From an archaeon (GTDB taxonomy: Archaea > Nanobdellota > Nanobdellia > Woesearchaeales > GW2011-AR9): a stretch of 48,705 bases of DNA. The stretch spans positions 1 to 48,705 of the forward strand of contig JAHFSD010000004.1 of the NCBI GenBank assembly GCA_023265925.1. Reading direction: 5' to 3'. Positions 44,510-48,705 of this stretch are shown piece by piece. Each line of letters starts with the position of its first letter. Position 1 is the stretch's first letter. A model generated the notes under the pieces. It was not told the origin of the DNA and ran no database searches. It saw only the letters and a list, made by a program, of their open reading frames with translations. Both the position numbers and the translations under genes were made by a program.

Positions 44510-46166
44510 AGAAGCCTAATCCGTTTAATGCTTTATCCAGTGCCGTTTTGGGAGTATAATTGTCCACCGCGTTCTCTTTGTATTTCCAGCCGACAGGAGT
44601 ATACCAATGTGAATGGGTGCGGTCAATGGTTTCGTAGATCGTGGGCGGAGCAGCAAGGCTTCCTTTATAGACAATGAACGTGTCAATGACGTTGATCTCG
44701 GCGATTTTCTCGGTCTGTTGCCGGAACAGCGTGCTTAACTGTTCACCAAAGTCATAAATGCGAGTGAAATCTTCTGGCTTCCAGCCGCAAAACGTGCCGG
44801 GGCCGCATTCGATGTAGTAGAGTGATAAGTTCTGTTTCGGCTCAGGGCTCTTTTGAATGGCTTCCGTTAATTTCGGAAAGTAGGTTCCTTCCAGGTAATG
44901 CCAGTCATGGAAGGCCCAGGCAAAGACACCGCGGTAAATTCGGGGGTCAAGAACCACGATGGCATCAGCGGGAATATTCTCCTGGGCGTATTCCTGTAAG
45001 GTGATGGCGAAAGAGGTTTTCTTGAGGGGGATGATTTCACGAAACACTACTGCCGTGTTCACGAAAGACAGGATGATGATTATGATCAGGAAGTGCCTGA
45101 ACCGAAACCGGTTGGTAAAGTATTCCTGTGTCCGGACGAGGCCATAGCCGGCAAAAATACTTAACACCAGCGGAACCCAGACATAATGAGTGGAGCTGCC
45201 AGTTTTCCCGGTAAGATACACGAAGAGGAACAGCGTTGATAGTAGCAGCAAGGCAACGTTATATTTCTCTTTTCTCCAGGAGAATACTATCCCCAAAAAT
45301 CCCAGGATAAGAATCAAAGCATCAATACGAAACATTCCTTTCAGGATTCCCTGGCTGGTACTGAAAAAACTGCTTATTCTCCAGGCGTTTCCTTCCTGCC
45401 CCTGATAAATAGTATTTTCCCCCACGCCGGCTAGGGTGGTAAAATAATAATCAGTCATTCCTTTTTCTTTGAACAGCAGATAATTGTAGATCAGCACCGG
45501 CGATACCACCAGGATACTGATCAGGAGAGAAAAAAGCAGCACTTTTACCATCTTCCGGTTGACAATGATTTTTCCTTCCTTTCGGAACAGAATTCCGGAC
45601 TGCTGCCGATATCCCTGCACCAGCCACACCAGGAAGTAGACCGGAGCAAACAGCAGGACAATCGGTTTAGCCAAAGCGGCCAGTGCTAAGAATAACGCTG
45701 AGAGATAGATTTGGCGGTGATTGCCTTTCAGGAAGCGGATGAAGAAAAATAGACTGAGCAGGCTAAAGAAAAAGGCCGTCATGTCCATTTCCGGATTATG
45801 GCGGATGGCGTAGCTGGAGATGGCAAATAAAAAAGCGGAAAGGAAGGCGGCTTTCTTGTTCTCAAACAATTCCTGGGCAATCAGGAAGATGACCAGAATG
45901 GTCAGGGAGCCAAAGAATATCGAAGGCAGCCGGGTGGAAACCAGGGTTAATCCGCCCATTAATTTATAGCCAATATCAGTGAGATAGAAGTACAGTGGCG
46001 CTTGTTCGACCGTTGATAGTCTTCCGGCGGAAATGATATTGAGGGGAATAAGGGAATAAATCATCTCATCGGTGCCGATGTCGACGTAATAGCCGGAAAT
46101 CAGGCGCAGGGCGAAGGCCAGGATAAAAATAAAGAATAGATAGACGACAGTCTTCGAAATTTTCAT
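44430..46166 (-). CDS. GT-C fold membrane glycosyltransferase (GT39/ArnT-PMT-like)
   Basis: LRL...TDEMIY, QAPLY.YL, RLPSIFFG.LT, multiple TM segments. Confidence 0.85.
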   Translation of the reverse strand: MKISKTVVYLFFIFILAFALRLISGYYVDIGTDEMIYSLIPLNIISAGRLSTVEQAPLYFYLTDIGYKLMGGLTLVSTRLPSIFFGSLTILVIFLIAQELFENKKAAFLSAFLFAISSYAIRHNPEMDMTAFFFSLLSLFFFIRFLKGNHRQIYLSALFLALAALAKPIVLLFAPVYFLVWLVQGYRQQSGILFRKEGKIIVNRKMVKVLLFSLLISILVVSPVLIYNYLLFKEKGMTDYYFTTLAGVGENTIYQGQEGNAWRISSFFSTSQGILKGMFRIDALILILGFLGIVFSWRKEKYNVALLLLSTLFLFVYLTGKTGSSTHYVWVPLVLSIFAGYGLVRTQEYFTNRFRFRHFLIIIIILSFVNTAVVFREIIPLKKTSFAITLQEYAQENIPADAIVVLDPRIYRGVFAWAFHDWHYLEGTYFPKLTEAIQKSPEPKQNLSLYYIECGPGTFCGWKPEDFTRIYDFGEQLSTLFRQQTEKIAEINVIDTFIVYKGSLAAPPTIYETIDRTHSHWYTPVGWKYKENAVDNYTPKTALDKALNGLGFFILYLGVLIALLSPVLVVYLLGRRSG

Positions 46167-46287
46167 TTATCCTCCAGTTCTGGCCTTCTTTTTATATGTT
46201 GTGACTTCTTTTTCTGTTGCGACTTCATTTTCTCTTCCCCACTCCACCAGCGATAACCTTTTATAACCTTCCCCGTTTCAGAATCTC

Positions 46288-48254
46288 ATGTTCAGCCTCA
46301 TTACCATCCTTCTCTTCTTCCTCTACCTCTGGGGATTGGGATATACGGCAACCTATTGGGTCAAAAAACCAGACCATCCCGGGGAGCGGCAGCTGCTCAA
46401 TCTAGCCGTCGGATTAGGCATTTTTCCCATTCTTTCTATCGTTATCAACTTTCTTCGTATTCCCCTGGACTGGAAATTGTTTCTTGTACTTAGCCTGGCT
46501 TTCCCTCTCTACGTTCTCGTGAAGAAGATACGAACAAAACAACTCCATCTGCCATCATTCAAATTCACCATCACCAAATCAAACCTCATCATCCTCGCCG
46601 TCCTGCTCATTGTCGCCTTCTCTTTATTCATGTACACTAAAGGAGCCTTCGCCTACCCCTATCTGGAAGATGAAGATCCCTGGGGGCATTCTGTCGGCGT
46701 AAAGTATGTCGCGCTGGAAAAAAACGCTTATGATCCGGTCTTCCAGAAAGATCGAGGCATTGATCCGGTCTTAGCGTATATCGATCCCGTCCCGCCCTCC
46801 TATGATATTCTGCTGGGAATACTGCATCAAACTTCCCCGGATCTCACTTGGACTATAAAATTCTTCAATGCCCTGATAATTTCCCTGGGATTGATTTTCT
46901 TTTATCTCTTTGCACAGGAATTCATGGGCAGCCGGAATAAAGCCCTGCTGGCTACATTCATACTTGCTGCCGTTCCGGCCTACCTCAGCCATTTTATCTG
47001 GTCGCATGGATTAGCAGTTACCCTCTTTTTTCCCACGATGTACGCGTTAATGAAAATAAAAGAAGACAAAAAGTGGTTTTTCCTTGCCAGCCTGTTGGTG
47101 GCCAGTGTCTGGGTAGCCCAGAACGTTGAAGAGCCGATAAAACTTCCGTTCTGATTGTCCTGTTTCTCATCGTCGCTTCGGTGACGACCAGACAATTCCT
47201 CAAAACTGAATCTCTCGCGGTCATTTCAGGGATAGCATTCTCTTTCCTCTGGTGGGGAACGATGATCAAAAAATATACCTTCCATGGCTTTGTCCAGTAT
47301 TTTACCGGAGAGAGAATTTTTTCCGCCGCGACCGGTTCAGACTCTTCAGTTTCCGCAGTGACGGGCTCTTCATTCCTGGAAAAAATAAGTGAATTCAGGC
47401 GCGCCTTGACATCCCCCGGCGGCTCTGGTTCACGAGCGTACTCGTTTGATGATTTTTTCATTGCCAAAGGTGAAAACATGATTAATAATCCCATTGGCTT
47501 TGGCCTGGTAGTTTCGCTGCTGGTTCTCGCCGGAGTAGCCTATGTGCTGTGGCGTTACCGCCGTTCTCTGGTTGAACCGCAAAACACCTGGCTCGGCGTC
47601 ACCTTGTTTTGGCTGATTTATACTTTCTGGGGCGTGAATGGGCAGACTTTTCCAATTTCCATTGCCCGGGGCCCGTTTCGGACATGGTTATTATTAGCCA
47701 TTCCCGTAGCGATTATGGCCGCGGAAAGCGCTGTCCTGCTGCTCTCGCGGTTGAATCGACGGAAAATTCTTCAGGCAATTGTTCTCATTCTCATTCTGAA
47801 AGGGATTCTGCTGACGTCCGGGTATCAGAAGTATCAGGTCAATACGGCAGTCTGGCCGACCTCAGGATCATTTACCCAACAGAATGAACCTTGGGAATAT
47901 GCTGCCTGGTTCAATACCCTTCCTGCCAATGCGAAAGTCTTCCTCTATTCCCCGCGGGACAAATTAGTCATTGGTTTCGGCAAGTATAGCTGTCTCTGGT
48001 GTGAAGAAGTTCTTGATTTCCGGGATAAGATCATTGATCAGGATGCGGCCGCGTTACATTCTTTTCTTAAACAGCAAGGCTACGAATATCTGGTTATAAA
48101 CGGAAGAATGGATTCCAAATATTTCAGCAAGACTTTTGGTGAAAATGCCACCTCCACGCTGCTGCCACAGCGCTATAATGAGATTCTTAATTCCGGAAAG
48201 TTCGCTCCGGTCTATCAGAAAGAGAACCTGTTTCTGGCTTTAAGAGTATTGTAA
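46288..48254 (+). pseudogene. GT-C/STT3-like polytopic membrane protein split by a single -1 frameshift near 47143
   Basis: ORF1 (EDEDPWGH, PPSYDILL) ends ...IKLPF-stop. The -1 frame reads SVLIVLFLIVASVTTRQ and continues into ORF2. One extra T in AAACTTCC would fuse the two. Confidence 0.7.
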
Positions 48255-48257
48255 TGG

Positions 48258-48512
48258 CTACGTAAATACACAGGTATACTGGTTATTAGCGAGAGCAACC
48301 TGCCCCCCTGCCCCCTGGCAGCAATTCTGTATTTCCCGCGGCTTGCTGCAGAACTCCTGGCCTTTTCGTTCACATTTTTTCTGCAGGCAGTTCTGATAGC
48401 CTTCCTCGTTGCGGTTGCGGACCGCCAGGAAGGAAAAAATAATCATCAGGGCAATGAGGATATATAATGATGCCAGCAGGATTTTCTGTCCCGTGCTCAG
48501 ATTCTGTAGCAT
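48258..48512 (-). CDS. Small membrane-anchored Cys-rich protein
   Basis: Likely start MLQNLSTGQK (48512); TM, then six Cys. TTTATATA upstream on the minus strand. Confidence 0.65.
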   Translation of the reverse strand: MLQNLSTGQKILLASLYILIALMIIFSFLAVRNRNEEGYQNCLQKKCERKGQEFCSKPREIQNCCQGAGGQVALANNQYTCVFT

Positions 48513-48628
48513 AGGGGATATTTCAGCGTGCCCGTATATAAAACTTATCGTAGGGGAATAGTTTCGGGATAACACACCAGAATCCGGTATCACTACCTTT
48601 AAAAAAGGTCTCTGCGCCAGATTCACCG

Positions 48629-48705
48629 ATGAGCTACACCAGAAAACTCGTGCAGGGCGCCGGGATCATTCTGCTGTTAAGCACCTTGGCCGGACTCGTC
48701 ACCTA
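48629..48705 (+). CDS. 5' end of a probable Wzx/MOP-family flippase (truncated by the window)
   Basis: MSYTRKLVQGAGIILLLSTLAGLVT..., a typical flippase N-terminus, next to glycosylation genes. Confidence 0.55.
   Translation, partial: MSYTRKLVQGAGIILLLSTLAGLVT

Noticed and set aside
47136-47150. Programmed -1 ribosomal frameshift
   Set aside because: There is no X-XXY-YYZ heptamer in the correct frame and no clear downstream stimulatory structure.
1-48705. tRNA/rRNA genes, integrase, full-length transposase or provirus
   Set aside because: No cloverleaf/T-loop signatures, rRNA-like tracts or recombinase/capsid motifs were recognised by eye; a tRNAscan-SE or Infernal run would be decisive.

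Overview
An archaeal chromosomal segment, most likely DPANN (Woesearchaeota-like). This is inferred from TATA-box promoters with mostly leaderless genes, archaeal-type GlyRS, RFC-L, RNase HII and RtcB, and class III signal-peptide proteins. Contents: housekeeping genes (rtcB, rnhB, rnhC-like, glyS, rfcL, gmd); a ~20 kb cell-surface locus with giant Cys-rich/Ig-like membrane-anchored proteins and four pilin-like genes; many toxin-antitoxin-type modules; a glycosylation cluster at the right end; and several tiny gene remnants and palindromic elements. The top finding is that rtcB (the RNA-splicing ligase) is interrupted inside its conserved PDGH-WGYGFPIGG motif by a 32-nt insert (550-581) with an in-frame stop. 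The insert folds into a bulge-helix-bulge-like structure whose predicted endonuclease cut sites exactly restore the reading frame, so it is a candidate mRNA intron that RtcB itself would have to ligate. Also notable: a secreted phospholipase A2-like protein, an RNase HIII next to RNase HII, three DUF5678-like/aspartic protease loci (two with the protease decayed), catalytically degenerate HIT and Fic proteins, and operator-like repeats flanking TATA boxes. No rRNA, tRNA or CRISPR array was seen. All family assignments come from motif recognition by eye; no database search was run.
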